In this document: one piece after another, positions 62,552-64,000 of the stretch | Numbering within the stretch: position 1 is the first letter of the stretch | Layout of the letters: each line of letters begins with the position of its first letter | Origin: Ottowia sp. | Lineage (GTDB): Bacteria; Pseudomonadota; Gammaproteobacteria; Burkholderiales; Burkholderiaceae_C | Reading direction: 5' to 3' | Assembly (NCBI GenBank): GCA_017997715.1 | Contig: JAGOEM010000001.1 | Location: 1,425-65,424 of the forward strand | Length of the DNA: 64,000 nt | Made by a program: the position numbers and the translations under genes | The notes under the pieces: generated by a model | Told to the model about the DNA's origin: nothing | Database searches by the model: none | The model's input: the letters and a program-made list of their open reading frames with translations, nothing else

Positions 62552-64000
62552 TTGAACAAGAATCTGAGCCGCGCATTGGCGGTGGTCGTCGCTTTGGGTG
62601 CGGTTTACACCGGCACCAGCTGGTGGCTGGGCCAGCGCGTGGAGGCGCAATACACCTCATTGCTGGACCGCGTGGCGGCCCAGCTGGGGCCGGACAAGAT
62701 CGCAGAACGGCGCTACGACCGTGGCCTGTTTGGCGCGCAAAGCACGGTGGTGCTGCAGTTCCGGGTGCCCGACGGCGAGGCGCCCGAGGCCGCTGAAGAA
62801 ACGCCAGGCGCAGACCCGGCCAAGCCAGAGGGCAGCGATGGGCCGGAAAGCGTCCGCATCGTGCGGGTCACGCTGCAGGACGACATTCGCCACGGCCCGT
62901 TGGCCGGCTGGCGGCCAGCGGCGGCGCGCGTGCGCACCCAGCTGATTAGTGTGGAAGGGCTGGACGACGAAACACGCCAATTGTTCGCCAAGGCCAGTGC
63001 GCCCGAGGTCGTTACCTACGTCGGGTTTGGTGGCAACTACCAGGGCAACGTCCACCTGCCAGCCGGCGAGCTGACCGACCCCAAGCGCCCTGAAAGCCGC
63101 GCGCAATGGCAAGCCCTTGACTACGACTTTGACCTGAGCGCCGATGCCACGCAGTTCAGCGGCAAGCTGCAGTGGCCGCAGATGAGTCTTCAGATGGAGG
63201 GGGCCGAGGCGTCGGACGGCCTGGACGCGCCCAGCACGGCCCCGGATGCCGCCGCCGCCCCGCCGGCCACCAGCACGACGCGCGTCGACCTGAAAGGCCT
63301 GGTGCTGAACTTCGCCTACCACCAGCCGACCGGCCAGTGGTTGATGCCGCTGGGCAAGAGCGACGGGCAGCTTGAAGCATTCACGGTGACGCACCGGGCA
63401 GGCCGGCAAACCGAGTTCAAGCCGACGCTGGCGCTCAAAGCGCTGCGTCTGGAATCGGAAACCACCGAGAACGCTGGCCTGCTGGATGCCGTCACGCGCG
63501 CCGTGGGGCCGGGCAGCCTGGGCGCCACCGAGTTCAAGGAAATCCGCTACGAGAGCAAGTTCTCGCGCATCGACAGCCAGGCCCTGGCCACCGCGCAGCT
63601 GCTGCTGATGGCCTTTGTCTTTGGCACGCCCGACAAGCAGCCGGTGGACGACGCCGCCATTCGTGACATGGCGCAGCGCTGGATGAACGCCAGGCCCGCC
63701 TACAGCGAACGATACAGCGCCACCGCGCAGGATGGGCAGGTGGGCGAGATGGGCTACGAGATGTCCTTGCGCGATGCGCCTTCGCCCGACAGCGCGTTGC
63801 CAGACGGCATGCCCTGGTTCTTTGCGCTGCTGCAGCGCCTGCATGTCAGCGCCGACATGCGTTTGCCCAAGACCTTCCTGCCCGCCATCGCCGGCATGCT
63901 GAACGACCCCGGCATGCAGCCGGGCGCCCTGGCCGAAATGGCGGACGACTTCGCCCGCCGCGGCTGGCTGCAGGACGATGCGGGCGTGTGGGTCGGCAAG
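62552..64000 (+). CDS. DUF945 (YdgA-like) protein, 3' truncated; absent from ORF track
   Basis: Manual translation from TTG: MNKNLSRALAVVVALGAVYTGTSWWLGQRVEAQY...YDRGLFG...DIRHGPL; GGAGG RBS; frame appears to run off the window. Confidence 0.8.
   Translation, partial: MNKNLSRALAVVVALGAVYTGTSWWLGQRVEAQYTSLLDRVAAQLGPDKIAERRYDRGLFGAQSTVVLQFRVPDGEAPEAAEETPGADPAKPEGSDGPESVRIVRVTLQDDIRHGPLAGWRPAAARVRTQLISVEGLDDETRQLFAKASAPEVVTYVGFGGNYQGNVHLPAGELTDPKRPESRAQWQALDYDFDLSADATQFSGKLQWPQMSLQMEGAEASDGLDAPSTAPDAAAAPPATSTTRVDLKGLVLNFAYHQPTGQWLMPLGKSDGQLEAFTVTHRAGRQTEFKPTLALKALRLESETTENAGLLDAVTRAVGPGSLGATEFKEIRYESKFSRIDSQALATAQLLLMAFVFGTPDKQPVDDAAIRDMAQRWMNARPAYSERYSATAQDGQVGEMGYEMSLRDAPSPDSALPDGMPWFFALLQRLHVSADMRLPKTFLPAIAGMLNDPGMQPGALAEMADDFARRGWLQDDAGVWVGK

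Overview
GC-rich betaproteobacterial chromosome segment; gene content and order point to Comamonadaceae (inference). In order it carries: the 3' end of glpD; the complete spc and alpha ribosomal-protein operons (rplN to rplQ, with secY, rpoA and an rpmJ missing from the ORF track); initiator tRNA-Met; rep, priA and hemE; a metY operon; the Pat lysine acetyltransferase; a frameshifted AraC regulator; a leucine/isovalerate (liu) cluster interrupted by a Ser/Thr kinase-USP plus phosphoesterase pair; a cNMP-CBS-DUF294 nucleotidyltransferase and DEDDh exonuclease near actP; a PhlA/YplA-type phospholipase with an ankyrin lipoprotein; a double-length UvrA; and a truncated DUF945 gene. I saw no transposase, integrase, phage gene or CRISPR array. 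The most notable signals come from repeats and non-coding DNA. (1) A ~65-bp rigidly spaced dispersed repeat (family A, 14 copies) sits between genes and also in-frame inside HemE and UvrA. (2) A structured repeat (family B) has covarying stems and forms tandem arrays both intergenically and inside UvrA. (3) A DnaA-box triplet with DARS-like geometry, flanked by two IHF consensus sites, lies between priA and hemE. All calls were made by eye from the sequence; no searches were run, so novelty is unverified.
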